Position numbers and translations under genes: made by a program. This document shows positions 43,901-55,602 of a stretch of 64,000 nucleotides of DNA, one piece after another (the first letter of the stretch is position 1; every line of letters starts with the position of its first letter). The stretch is from Lingula anatina. Taxonomy: Eukaryota; Animalia; Brachiopoda. The notes under the pieces are model-generated. The model saw only the letters and a list, made by a program, of their open reading frames with translations. It made no database searches and had not been told where the DNA came from. The stretch spans positions 8,680,001 through 8,744,000 of the forward strand of contig CM120642.1 in assembly GCA_051362555.1 (NCBI GenBank). Direction: 5' to 3'.

Positions 43901-44132
43901 GCAAGTGTAGCAAAAACACCCATAGCATGCTAAATGTACGTCTTTACCAGTGTGAACAATTAAGAATAAATCGATAATTTTTTCTAGTTGTACAAATAAC
44001 ATAAAGAGTAACACTATAATTCAAATGAAATCAGTCCAGTGTGGATCTGATACTACATGAAGACCAGAAATGCATTGGTTTTTTTATACATAATCTTTGC
44101 CAGTTGAATAATGGGCTCTACTTTTGTTTCAG

Positions 44133-44195
44133 CTTGACATACTAGAAGATAAATGCATGAAGAATGCCATTATTCTACAAACAGTTTTAGATGAG
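44133..44195 (+). CDS. DIS3: DIS3 exon 2
   Basis: tttcag|LDILEDKCMKNAIILQTVLDE|gtaagt. Confidence 0.9.
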
Positions 44196-44357
44196 GTAAG
44201 TTTGGCCATAACATCTTTGTACATGTATTTTTTTATTATAGAATTAATGAGGGTTTGTTACTCAAAAAAGAATATCGAAATGGGAGATGCTCCAATAAAA
44301 CTTTTGCTTGTTTGTTAGCTTTAGTTTGTTATACTAAAGATGTGCTTTTTCACTTAG

Positions 44358-44452
44358 GTGCGCCACAGAAGTGCTCCAGCTTACAAAAGAATAAAAGAAG
44401 CTATAAGCAATCCAGATAAACATTTTCTCTCTTTTGTAAATGAGTTTCACAA
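44358..44452 (+). CDS. DIS3: DIS3 exon 3
   Basis: cttag|VRHRSAPAYKRIK...FVNEFHK|gtaagt. Confidence 0.9.
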
Positions 44453-44717
44453 GTAAGTGCTTGAAAAAATCTCATTTTTACATTCCACAGTTAAAAAGAA
44501 AAAAGTTCTTGACATTAATCATGTCAAGGTATTTTTATACATTTGTGTGCTTGAAACATTTTATTCTTGGAAATCTTGCCCAGCAGGCATTTACTGGATG
44601 ATATAAGTAGAAGAAGACTTATACTGGGACAATGTATATTTATGCCCTCGTGGCAATATCTAAGAAAAACAAGTCTGAGATGAATTTGTTAATTGCTTTT
44701 ATACTGTTTTCCTCCAG

Positions 44718-44899
44718 AGATACCTATGTGGAAAGACAACCAAGAGAAACAGCCAATGATCGCAATGACAGAGCCATCAGAACTGCTGCTAAATGGTTCC
44801 AAACACACTTGTGCAATACTGGTGTGAAAGTCATCCTTCTTACTAATGATGCAGACAACAAAGTCAAAGCTAGCCAAGATGGAGTGACTGCATTTACAG
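44718..44899 (+). CDS. DIS3: DIS3 exon 4
   Basis: ctccag|DTYVER...NDRNDRAIR...LLTND...AFT|gtcatt. Confidence 0.9.
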
Positions 44900-45101
44900 G
44901 TCATTAAATTTGAATGTTGACTTTTCGGAACGTTTGCTTGCCTTTATATATTGTTTAATACAAAACCACCGCCTGCAATAATGAAAAATGTATTTTTTTC
45001 GCTTCGATACTACCAGCTATGCTATGGATAAGCCTAACATAGTTTTTGTTTTTACCAGTGCCACATCAAAATACAATAACAGTTAATACTCTGTCTTTCA
45101 G

Positions 45102-45178
45102 TGGCAGAATATGTGGGCAGTTTAAAAGACAACCCAGAGCTATTGGATCGCTTGGCCCACAGTAAGCCTAGCAACGCG
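45102..45178 (+). CDS. DIS3: DIS3 exon 5
   Basis: tttcag|VAEYVGSLKDNPELLDRLA...NA|gtaagt. Confidence 0.87.
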
Positions 45179-45503
45179 GTAAGTGGGATGAAAAATGACT
45201 TGGTGCAACTTTCACTGTCAAGTGTAAATCAGGAGGGTTAAGTCCCTTTCACATTGTCAAGCTTGGTTATGAAAATATAATGCCAGGGTATTATTATCAT
45301 GACATTGAACATGACATATTGAAGTACTTTTATATATTAGAATATATATATAACATAAGATTACTCCTAAGAATTTTTCATGAAAAATAATATAAAATTT
45401 TGTAATAGCCAATACATTTTTCTTAGAATTACTGTTTTTAGGATTAAAAATGTAACATTTGGTTGCAAATAAATATTATTATTTCTTTCTTTCTTTCCCT
45501 AAG

Positions 45504-45653
45504 TTTGATGAAGGTGTACAGTTCCCAGAGCATGTGTCAATAGCAGAGGTACAGAAAGGCTTGAAGTCAGGGCGTTACCTTCAGGGCAGCTTCCAAGCCT
45601 CCAGGGATAACTGCTTGGAGGCGGTGGTTTTTATACAAGACAAAGAAGATGTG
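45504..45653 (+). CDS. DIS3: DIS3 exon 6
   Basis: cctaag|FDEGVQFPEH...GLKSGRYLQGSFQASRDN...EDV|gtaagg. Confidence 0.87.
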
Positions 45654-45919
45654 GTAAGGTCACAGATTTCAAACACAAAAATGCACAAGTAAGCTTACAC
45701 ACACACACTGTAACAAAATGTTAACAGTGTGATAGTTTTAGATTTATTCTAAAAAAAAATTGAAAAATGGTCAACTTTGCAGAAGACTTATTTTATTGAA
45801 ATCACCGTGATTCTTAAAATTGGGCTCTTGGCATTTTGGTTGTTCGGTAATTGATCAGAAAAGTATCACCTGACTTAAATTTAAAATGACATTTATTGTT
45901 CAAACACCTATCCTTTCAG

Positions 45920-46057
45920 ACTGTCTTCTTACAAGGGAATGCCAGTTTGAACAGAGCAGTCCACGAGGATGTTGTAGCAGTAGAAATGTTGCCAGAGAAA
46001 GACTGGAGCTACCCATCTTCACTTGTTATTGAAGATGTAGAAGGAGAGACAGAAATG
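45920..46057 (+). CDS. DIS3: DIS3 exon 7
   Basis: tttcag|TVFLQGNASLNRAVHEDVVAVEML...EM|gtgagt. Confidence 0.9.
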
Positions 46058-46493
46058 GTGAGTTTTTTATTCAAAAAAATGTTTTTCTATGCCCAGTAAA
46101 TGTCGGCTGTAAAGACTTGCCTATGAGCATAGATGAAAGCATCACTATGTGTGTGCTATTACCAATTTGATATTTATTATTATTTTGTTTTGTTGTTGAT
46201 TGGATTGAATATTTTAGTATTTTAGCTGCTGGATTCAGATATTAGTGGGTGGGTTCTCCAAATAGTATACAAGTGTTGTGCCAGCAATACAGTAAATAAA
46301 AACCATGTTGTTCATTTGGAATGAAAAAGATAGTTTCCTTCAACTATCCATAATTGACAGATTTATTTGGTTGCTATGTGCAGAAACTAAACAAAAAACG
46401 CAGTATAAAAATTCATACCTCAATCTTAGGCACATTCAACTTACCTCTAAGAAAAATATTTAAAATTACATTTACATACATACATGCTTTCAG

Positions 46494-46607
46494 GACAAAG
46501 AAGCCAGGAAGGAGAAATTAAAACAACCCACTGGTAAAGTTGTGGCCATCATCAAGAGAAAATGGAGACAATACTGTGGAATGCTGTTGCCAGTGATTAT
46601 CAAAACG
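46494..46607 (+). CDS. DIS3: DIS3 exon 8
   Basis: tttcag|DKE...PTGKVVAIIKRKWRQYCGML...KT|gtatga. Confidence 0.9.
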
Positions 46608-47339
46608 GTATGAACATGCCTAGTGTCTATACAGGGCATCAAGCACACCATATACAAAGGGTAGAATTTTTGTTTAAAGCTGTTTTTAAACATCAATTTC
46701 ATACTGATTTATTATTAAAACTATGTTAAATAACTCTTCTGTACAAAGATAAAACCTTCATTTTTGGTAAAATTGATAGATAGTTAGAAATTTTTAAAAA
46801 ATTGCCCGATTAAAAAAAAAAATGTTAGATGTATGGCTTTTTGACATATTTACCCTGATGGACCAACAATTGAAATTTCATTATTGCTTTGATTGTTGCT
46901 GTACATATTTTTACTGTGTCATAATGGTCACTGTTGCCAATCATTGTAACAATGACAGTTTAAACAATTATTCATTCCTTTATTACTAGGCAACAAAATA
47001 GAAATGACAATTGTTGCCATAATTGCAGTGTCACCATTGGGTGTCCATTTTTGAGACTGCTAAAAAGTGTTTCTATTATTCACTGACAAGTTTTTGATTA
47101 CTTGTTAGGGGGGTGGGGTTTTGCCTGCATAGGAAATGTTCCAACAATGTTTTAGACACAGCTGGATGGACAGATCGGTTTTAAAGGTACCTATGCTACT
47201 AGTATGTTGCCAAATTGAAATGTTTATTATTTTTTATGTACATGTATACTGTATTGTATTGTGTTATACTAGTGATATATATTTTTGTGATTAAATGTGG
47301 TTTGGCATCCAGTCTCTTTTTGTCACCTGATCTTCACAG

Positions 47340-47477
47340 GCCACAAGACACCTTTTTGTCCCAAGTGAAAGGAGAATACCTAAGATCAGGATAGAGACAA
47401 GGCAGGCCCACATATTACAGGGCCAGCGTGTGATAGTTGCCATTGACTCCTGGCCAAAAAACTCCAGATACCCTCTG
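47340..47477 (+). CDS. DIS3: DIS3 exon 9
   Basis: cacag|ATRHLFVPSERRIPKIRIETRQ...SRYPL|gtaaga. Confidence 0.9.
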
Positions 47478-47597
47478 GTAAGATAAAGATTATCTTATTA
47501 TCTTAAAACTCTTCCTTTGCATTTTTCTTCTTATAAATGTAAGAAAAATATTGATTAACAGATTTATTACTGCTTCAGATCATCCCGCTGCTTGTTT

Positions 47598-47599
<2 letters not shown>

Positions 47600-47667
<68 letters not shown>

Positions 47668-47674
47668 AGAGAGA
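47600..47674. repeat. Compound (GT)n(GA)n microsatellite
   Basis: GT run switching to GA run in DIS3 intron 9. Confidence 0.95.
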
Positions 47675-47725
47675 TTTATCAAAAGACAGATGAACTTTCA
47701 ATTTGGATGTATTATTCATTTTCAG

Positions 47726-47872
47726 GGACATTTTGTTCGGAAACTTGGAACTATTGGAGACAAGGAGACTGAAAATGAGGTTCTTCTCCTGGAGCATGAC
47801 ATCCCCCATGTTCCATTTTCAACAGCTGTGTTAAATTGTTTACCTAAGCTACCCTGGCTCATCATAGAAGAG
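47726..47872 (+). CDS. DIS3: DIS3 exon 10
   Basis: ttcag|[25 protein letters not shown]...WLIIEE|gcatgt (probable GC donor). Confidence 0.85.
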
Positions 47873-48317
47873 GCATGTCATGTTACTGAACTTTTTACAT
47901 ATATCATCTACAAAAAATGCATTGTCATTCATCAAATTTTAGTAATTTGAAGGAATTTGCTCTGTAAAAAATATAAAATATTACTTTGTTCAAATTTTAT
48001 TGAAAATATGATCCTCGTAGATATTTTAAAACAGCATATATTAATGTTTGAAAACACCCTGTGAAATTCTTTGGCTCACTCATACAAAAACCCTTAGCAT
48101 TGACATTGATATTACAGATTCACCTCGGCATGATTTTAATGCTTGGATTATCAGGACGTAATAAATAATATTTATGTCAATAATTTGTTATGTAGCAGGA
48201 GTAAATTAATACTTTTGTAAAAATTTGAAACAATTGCTTGAATGACAAAAAAAAATGTCTTTGAACAGTCATTGTCAGATTATATGATAAACATGAATCA
48301 CAATGCCTATATTTTAG

Positions 48318-48434
48318 GATGTTAAGAAGAGAACAGACCTCCGCCATCTTCATATTTGCAGTGTTGATCCTCCGGGATGCACTGATATAGATGACGCCTT
48401 GCACTACAGACCACTAGACAATGGAAATGTGGAG
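48318..48434 (+). CDS. DIS3: DIS3 exon 11 (RNB catalytic aspartates)
   Basis: tttag|[29 protein letters not shown]...VE|gtatgg. Confidence 0.93.
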
Positions 48435-48995
48435 GTATGGTTGGTTAAAAGCAATTATTTTTATGTGTATTTCAAATGAAAATATCTGTGCTGGCATGCC
48501 TTTTAGTTGAGAAAATATGCGCTTATTAATGAATTAATTTGTGTCTCAGATTCCTTATAAATTTATTTTGAAATTTTTGGAACTAATAAACAATGGAAGT
48601 TAGTCAGAAAATATACCTTTGATAAGTGGTGGTTTTACTGTCAAGACCCAAATACAATCAATTGACAAATACATTTAGAGTGTATGGTACTGTATATTGA
48701 GATTCTGACTTAATGATACTTCAGCAAAGGTGACAAACAGACCCAAGTGAAATAAAAATTTCCGCTTATATTTAAATGAGATAGCCAGTGGTCCATTCCC
48801 TATTCTGGGCTCAACCAGCCATTTTATTCATTGTTCCTAAAAGTAATTTGGTGAAGCTGAAAACACTTAAATTGTATGTTATTAATAAATTACGTAGTTG
48901 TTCTCATTATTGTTATTCATCTTCTCCATCATCATCATATTGTTATTATTATTCATAATTACTTTATCAGCCGTCCTTTTTGATTGATTTGACAG

Positions 48996-49097
48996 GTTGG
49001 TGTCCACATAGCTGATGTGACCCACTTCATCAGGCCTGGGACAGCTATTGATGAGGAAGCTAGGAAAAGAGGGACTACAGTATATCTTATAGACAAA
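48996..49097 (+). CDS. DIS3: DIS3 exon 12
   Basis: gacag|[15 protein letters not shown]...VYLIDK|gtaatt. Confidence 0.92.
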
Positions 49098-49369
49098 GTA
49101 ATTGACTTTAAACGTGGTATTTGCAGGAAAAAAAGGAAAATGTGTGTGTGTGTTTGTGTGTGTGTGCACGCGCGTGCGTGTGGGGGGGGGGGGGGATAAA
49201 GCATATATATACATCCAGTTTCATTTTACATTCAAGTTTTCCTGTATAAACGTTGATGTTTTAAATATAGATATATAAACCATACAGGCACACATATTAT
49301 AAATTAACATCAGTTGCAACCGCGAACAGTAATTAGAATTATATATATTAATAGACTGAATGATTTCAG

Positions 49370-49434
49370 AGAATAGACATGGTTCCAGAGCTGTTAAGTT
49401 CCAACTTGTGCTCACTAAGATCCAATGTTGACAG
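49370..49434 (+). CDS. DIS3: DIS3 exon 13
   Basis: ttcag|RIDMVPELLSSNLCSLRSNVDR|gtagga. Confidence 0.92.
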
Positions 49435-49973
49435 GTAGGACAACCAAATACAGAGCAAATTATTTCTTACCTGAACCAAAGTTGAGTGTCTTGGAAGACC
49501 TGTTAACAACTGGACTGCTTCAGATTTCTGATAAATGGAAGTCATTGGATAGCCCAATCACTTAACTAAAGACTTCAAATTCTGAGACAAAATGATGGCC
49601 CCTGTCTAGAGTAGTCATCTGGTACTTGATCCTAGTTAATTTTTTTGATCCCCCAGTTGGTCAAGATGTACACAGGAGTAAATTTGTATGTAGATATACT
49701 TTTTCATTTTTTAGTGATATAGGAAAGCAAATTCTTTCTCATTAAGAGGCTTAAGGCACTTTGGATATGATAATTCAGCAGTTATTTTGTCTTGAGTGTT
49801 TTTGTTACTGTAACATACAGTACTATATTAAAATAACATAATCCTTTAAAATGGTATGCTATTATGCATTATCTGTATGTAGATGCATAAAGAAAATCAG
49901 TATAGAACTTAGAAATAATGATCATTATTATTAAACATAACAAGCAAGGTGATGGTTTTTGATTGATTTTCAG

Positions 49974-50058
49974 ATTTGCTTTCACTGTGATTTGGGAGAT
50001 GACTAAAGAAGCTGAAATAATAAGCACTCGCTTCATGAAGAGCATCATAAACTCAAAG
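49974..50058 (+). CDS. DIS3: DIS3 exon 14
   Basis: ttcag|FAFTVIWEM...KSIINSK|gtactc. Confidence 0.9.
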
Positions 50059-50318
50059 GTACTCAAGACTGGGTATCAACCAAACCGGCCCAAACTTTTA
50101 ATTATTTAAAGTTAACTATGCCAAGATTTATTCTTCCAATGATTCTTAAGATTTGAATTTCATTTGTCTGTCTTTTTGCAGTCAAAGGCTTTTATTTCCA
50201 CTGTAAGATGAAATTTGTTTGGGATTTTTGTCTAGAATTTTATCTGTACTTAACCAGGTATAAGTTTCCGGTGGGTGATCGATATGTTTAATAGTGAAAT
50301 TATTGATTGTATTTATAG

Positions 50319-50446
50319 GCTTCTCTTACATATGCTGAAGCTCAGATGAAAATAGATGACAGCAAACAGCAAGATGAGCTTGCTCAAAGTCTGCGAGGCC
50401 TTAACGCACTAGCTAAAATTCTTAAACAGGGAAGAACTGATAAGGG
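50319..50446 (+). CDS. DIS3: DIS3 exon 15
   Basis: tatag|ASLTYAEAQMKIDD...LAKILK...KG|gtgagc. Confidence 0.92.
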
Positions 50447-50756
50447 GTGAGCATCTTCCCCTGTATATATTTTGATTGTATTCATTTGAAAATGGAGGGG
50501 GGTGAGATTAAACGTGCATGTGTATCAAGTTATATGCATACTGGCACTTGGTAAAATATGCAGTTTAAGTTAAGGAGAGAGTTGTGGGGCTAAGTATGTT
50601 AAATGAAAGTTATTAAATTTATAATTAAATTTTAAGTTGTCTGTTTCAAGTATGCAGATTAGTGATTGTAATCAACATAAAAAATTTATTATGTTGTTGT
50701 GGTGTGTAGGCATGTGCCCAAAATATTAATGCTTAAATAATTTTTTTAAATTTCAG

Positions 50757-50843
50757 TTCTTTATCACTTGCATCCCCAGAAGTAAGATTCCATATTGACA
50801 GTGAAACTGCTGATCCTATAGATGTTGTATCAAAAGAGTTGAT
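50757..50843 (+). CDS. DIS3: DIS3 exon 16
   Basis: ttcag|SLSLASPEVRFHIDSETADPIDV...ELM|gtaaga. Confidence 0.92.
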
Positions 50844-51124
50844 GTAAGAACATTTGTATGACATTAGTTATGAACAAAACAAGAGATAGTGGTGATGTTT
50901 ATTTTGTATATTTGCCTAATCTTTCTTGGCCACACACACATATGCATGAATATTTTATTTACATTTATTGAATTTATATAGAGGACAGTGTTGCAGTATC
51001 TAAAGCAAAAACAGGTAAACTGACATTGATTTATATGGTTAACATTTTTTCTGCATTAGAATAGCTCTGTACATATTTATTATTCTTATTGAGTTTAAAC
51101 ATAGATTTTTATACACCAATTTAG

Positions 51125-51281
51125 GGAGACCAACTCTATGGTGGAGGAGTTCATGTTGCTGGCCAATGTTTCAGTGGCTAAAAAGATCTATGAGGAATTT
51201 CCCGACTGTGCTGTGTTGAGGAGGCATCCTTCTCCTCCCCCCTCCAACTTTAAACCAGTCATTAATGTTGCTGAGGCAAGG
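51125..51281 (+). CDS. DIS3: DIS3 exon 17
   Basis: tttag|[18 protein letters not shown]...LRRHPSPP...AR|gtatgt. Confidence 0.93.
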
Positions 51282-51665
51282 GTATGTAGTTTGATGTAAT
51301 TTAAAACAAGTAAGAGTCTTAATTACCAGCCACGCCCTTACTTTTTCTTTTATTCACTGTTCATGATATAGGCTTACATTAGACAAATCAAATGTTTGCA
51401 TATGAAATGGCACCCTGACTGTTTTATATTAAGGAACCAATAAATTGTTGCAAATGAGCAAAAATGTTCATTAGCTTGGTAGTTCGATCATAAATGAAAA
51501 TAATCAAACACAAGTTTTTCAACATGTGTAAATTGATAATTTTCATTTATGACAATATAATGTTATTTGAAACTATATTTGATTCCAAGAAATCAACTTA
51601 ATAATGCATATCATCCTCATCATTGTTTCACAAATGGATTGTTAATCTTACAAACCTCATTACAG

Positions 51666-51886
51666 GGCTTTGATTTCTGTGTGGACTCTTCCAAAGATTT
51701 GGCCAACTCCCTGGCCAGTGCGCAGCTTACAGAAAACCCGTACTTTAACACCATGCTACGTATCCTAGCAACTAGGTGCATGATGCAGGCGCTGTACTTC
51801 TGTAGTGGGATGCTTCCGTATGCAGAGTTCCACCATTATGGATTAGCTGCACCAATATACACTCACTTCACTTCACCGATCAGAAG
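51666..51886 (+). CDS. DIS3: DIS3 exon 18
   Basis: tacag|GFDF...[19 protein letters not shown]|gtaatg. Confidence 0.93.
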
Positions 51887-51918
51887 GTAATGGTGTTGTC
51901 TCTTTGGAAAGAAATCAG

Positions 51919-52062
51919 GGTCCTGTAACTCGAAAGCATCGCACATTGCAACCGAGCGCAAGCGTCTCAATTCCATAACTCGCCCATAGCTCTATATAAT
52001 ACATTGTAGCCTCTATGTGATATCGCTATTCGCAGTATGCGATGCTTTCGAGTTACGGGGCC
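51919..52062. mobile_element. MITE (PIF/Harbinger-like) in DIS3 intron 18
   Basis: Left end GGTCCTGTAACTCGAAAGCATCGCA; reverse complement of right end GGCCCCGTAACTCGAAAGCATCGCA; CAG on both flanks (3-bp TSD). Confidence 0.8.
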
Positions 52063-52724
52063 CAGGTCTTTATGTATGGTTTTTTTCAGCACACAGCAAT
52101 GCTGCAATGACTTATTATTAGTGGCACCTGAAACAATTGGTCATCTAAGGTTCTGGGTGTGCATGAACACACCTTTTGATGTACAGCTACAGTGTGTCTG
52201 TACATAGCTGTCCCCTGTGTCTGTCATCGTAGCAGCCGTTCATTTTTTCCATATTGGTTCCCATATTGGTTAATATATGATGCAATATTGAACTCCCATG
52301 CATGGGCCTATGCCCTGTGTGTGTGTAACATTTTCTAAATGTCTCTGTTACCACCATGAGTGGATAATTGTATGACTTAGTAATTATCCTGGAGTGATTT
52401 TTATTAGATAAATAAATAAATACAGTTAGAATAGAAAATCCTAACTGGATTCTTTTTATTGACTGTTATATATATATATATATATATTTTTTTTTTTTTT
52501 CATGTATTGGCATTTTATAAAAAAAAGTTAAAATTTCCGAAGATTGAGGAATTTTGTCAATCATTTTTTTTTAATTTTTTTATATTTTTTGTTATTATTA
52601 TTTTTTTAGCATGTGGTTTTATTTCAGAACATTTTTTTTTTGTCACTATTGAAATCTATATACACTGTACTTCCTCACTGGATGCCAGATAGATTTATAT
52701 AATATTGGATTTTATCTTTGCCAG

Positions 52725-52815
52725 ATATCCTGATGTTCTTGTGCACAGACTGCTGGCTGTGGCTATTCAGGCAGATGCTTCTTTCCCTGAACTACTAGAT
52801 AAGAAGAAAACTCAA
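52725..52815 (+). CDS. DIS3: DIS3 exon 19
   Basis: gccag|YPDVLVHRLLAVAI...KTQ|gtaagg. Confidence 0.92.
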
Positions 52816-53045
52816 GTAAGGAGACTCAGTGTTTGTTAATTTATAAATTTATTTATTTGTCTCTTTAAATGGCCCTAAAAGTTAAGCATGGTCACTTCCT
52901 CACAGTTTGACACTTTTTATACACTGTGGCATCTAAAAGAGAGATGAAAGTCAGTAAGTTGTTGGTTGTGATTTGAATATGAAGCTCCAATCCAATCTGA
53001 GAGGGTGTTTGTTAAATATTATACTATACTTTTGTATGCTTTCAG

Positions 53046-53123
53046 GCTTTGTGTAACCATTTGAATTATCGACACAAGATGGCGCAATATGCAGGAAGAG
53101 CCTCTGTGGCACTTCACACTCTG
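53046..53123 (+). CDS. DIS3: DIS3 exon 20
   Basis: ttcag|ALCNHLNYRHKMAQYAGRASVALHTL|gtaata. Confidence 0.92.
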
Positions 53124-53451
53124 GTAATATCACACACCGGATATTGTAACTGTTTTGTTATTGGCTTGTTTCTTAATAGAAACATAAGTTAATTTGATTT
53201 CAGGACGCATTTGATTGTATAAGGTGACTTATTTAAGGAAACAAATAAGACCTCAAATGTTGTTGGTTCAAAGTTCTGAAATCCTGACCTCCAACCATGA
53301 GTTGTACACAGCTACCACCTCTAATATGTTCATGGCTTTGGCTTTGATAATCCACACAGGGTTCTTAAAATTTATCCTGTTTCATCCAGTCTTAGTTTTA
53401 GTTGGGATTACGTTCTCTTACACAAGTTTCATAAAGTTGCTTCTCTTTCAG

Positions 53452-53598
53452 CTTTTCTTTAAAAACAAAGTCCTCATAGAAAATGGATATGTGATGTTTG
53501 TGCGGAAGAATGCTTTGACAGTCCTGATCCCGAAGTATGGCTTGGAAGGGATCGTCAAACTCGCTGAATATCAGAACATCATGAAATTTGATGATGAA
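53452..53598 (+). CDS. DIS3: DIS3 exon 21 (S1 domain)
   Basis: ttcag|LFFKNK...VRKNALTVLIPKYGLEG...DDE|gtatgt. Confidence 0.92.
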
Positions 53599-53846
53599 GT
53601 ATGTATTTGTGAAGGTGCAATAAGAAATATCTTTGCTAGACATTCATTAAATTAATAAATGACAAATATACTTATAAAAACAGTATTTACCATCTTGATT
53701 AGGAAGATGTAACAACTTTTATTTAATTTTTACCACCATATTTTCATTTTTTTGTTTAATTCCACTGAGCATCATTATATCGAAAAAGGAATATGTATTA
53801 CAACAGCATGAATAACTACAACTTTTATTCCTTTATGTTTTTGCAG

Positions 53847-53969
53847 AACACTGTCCAGACTATAGGAGACGTGATTATTCGGGTGTTTGATGCAGTTAAA
53901 GTGGAGGTCAGCGTAGACCAGTCCAATATCCAGCACCAGCACATCAAGTTCAAACTTGTGTCACCACAG
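53847..53969 (+). CDS. DIS3: DIS3 exon 22
   Basis: tgcag|NTVQT...VFDAVKVEVSVDQSNIQHQHIKFKLVSPQ|gtacga. Confidence 0.9.
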
Positions 53970-54666
53970 GTACGATCAATGCACAGCTGGTGAACATTTT
54001 CATCTGACGTTTTATACACTGCTGTTTTAAAAGGTTCTTTTGATTTAAAGACGAGACATGTGGAGTGACATTCTCACTCAATTGAAAGGCTATGTGCAGG
54101 CAAACAAGAGGCTATAATTTTTGTCACTTCATACAAATAAAAATTCAATATAAATCAGGTCTGTAGAATTCAATGTTGTCGTCACAGTAGAAACTTTTCC
54201 AAGGTGTTCTTATTTGTAATTGATTGCACTGTTGGAATTATTTGCCATATTAATTACTGTATGGCTTGTGTATAGAGAGGTACTTGCCAACACATCAGGT
54301 GGGAGCATCTAGATTTTAATTGCATTGTGAACAGCTGGCTCTTCTTTTAGAAATCATCCGAAGCATCCACTTGCCTGTTTTGGCTTTTCCTTTCTGGTGT
54401 ATTACAAGAGTCAAAAATGGTTTGCACAGTTAAGTGGGAGGGAAAAAGAGCCATTTTGCAAAAAAAAAAACAACTGTTATTCCAACTTGCTGTTAAATAA
54501 TGGCTGTGACTTTGCTTTTGTGTTTTGATAGGTTTTACCAATGCTTGATCATAAGCCATTTGTTTAAGATCCCTTACTTAAAAATTCCGTAAGTGGACAG
54601 AATGGGTGTAGATTTTTATATTGCTCAATAACGGACAACAAATAATTTCAACATCTTATTTTGCAG

Positions 54667-54720
54667 TTGCCAGAAATTGAAGAAGGGCCTCCCCTTAAAA
54701 AACAAAAGAAAAGAAAGTGA
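54667..54720 (+). CDS. DIS3: DIS3 terminal exon 23 with NLS-like tail
   Basis: ttgcag|LPEIEEGPPLKKQKKRK*; a basic C-terminus like other DIS3 proteins. Confidence 0.82.
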   Translation: MPEIEEGPPLKKQKKRK

Positions 54721-55014
54721 AAACAACAGCCAATTCCCAGGGTGTGAAAGACAGTGAATTTACAGGAGTGTGTCCATTGCACCAAATGTGAAGGTTACCA
54801 CCATGGTGATTTATAACAAAAAAAGAGGATTTGAACCAGCAAGATTCTCAATACTGAACATCACTAGATACACCCCAGAACAATGGCAATGGTTCGAACT
54901 TAAATAAAAATAGGATTTTACAGTGCCATCTTCTGACATGATTAGAGTAGGTCTGAAAATATACTTGCCTCACTCCAAAATTGATAAAAAAAACATCATA
55001 CAAATTCGAAATAT

Positions 55015-55065
55015 AGGAAATAACCCTTTAGAAACTTAGGTGAATAAAAGGGGGTCCTGATATTC
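55015..55065. repeat. Dispersed 51-bp direct repeat, copy 1 (copy 2 at 57058-57108)
   Basis: AGGAAATAACCCTTTAGAAACTTAGGTGAATAAAAGGGGGTCCTGATATTC; 3 mismatches to copy 2. Confidence 0.85.
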
Positions 55066-55602
55066 TAAAATGCAATTTACATTGGGAAAGCAATCCATTT
55101 GCAAGTCATTTTCCTTTGTGGGCATGTATGACTTTAATTCTAATTGACCAACTACAGAAATTACGTGCAATGATGGACATTTCAGTAGCAGACTTGTATG
55201 TGAAATTGTGTATCTGAAAATAAATTTAAAGAAATCATGTATAATAACGATGATAATAAAAAAAATATATTTGTCTATAATTCTTTGTCAGGTCATTTTG
55301 ATTGGCACCAATTTCTCTTTTTATAGCATCACTCTACATGATAGTATATTTAAAGCATAGAGGTTTTGGTCTTCCTTGTTTCACAACTAATGCCAATATT
55401 TTTACATCTCTTTCTTTATTTCACTGGGTATTAAAAACCTCCCTGTTTATTGTCCCTAGGTTCAAATTCACAAAATTGTGAGTGAGTAATCAAGTCCATA
55501 AAGGAACATTACAAAGTCTCAAAGAAATATATTCCTTCACCCTTATTTTTCAGTAATGCGAGTTACTAAACACTAAACATTGCAAACAAAGCAACTTTCT
55601 GT

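Larger units (their letters stand above)
43679..54720 (+). other. DIS3: Exosome complex exonuclease RRP44/DIS3 gene span, 23 coding exons, about 926 aa
   Basis: N-terminus MLKSKIFLKKTKKGSILKVVREHYLRDDI; CR3 motif CGSEACDEC; PIN motifs PDTN, NDRNDRAIR, LLTND; RNB motif [13 protein letters not shown]; [11 protein letters not shown]; C-terminal basic tail. All phases consistent. Confidence 0.96.

Noticed and set aside
49468-49605. Weak inverted similarity in DIS3 intron 13
   Set aside because: Too degenerate to call without alignment.
54985-55065. Box C/D snoRNA reading of the duplicated element (CTGA present)
   Set aside because: No properly placed RTGATGA box C upstream on the same strand.
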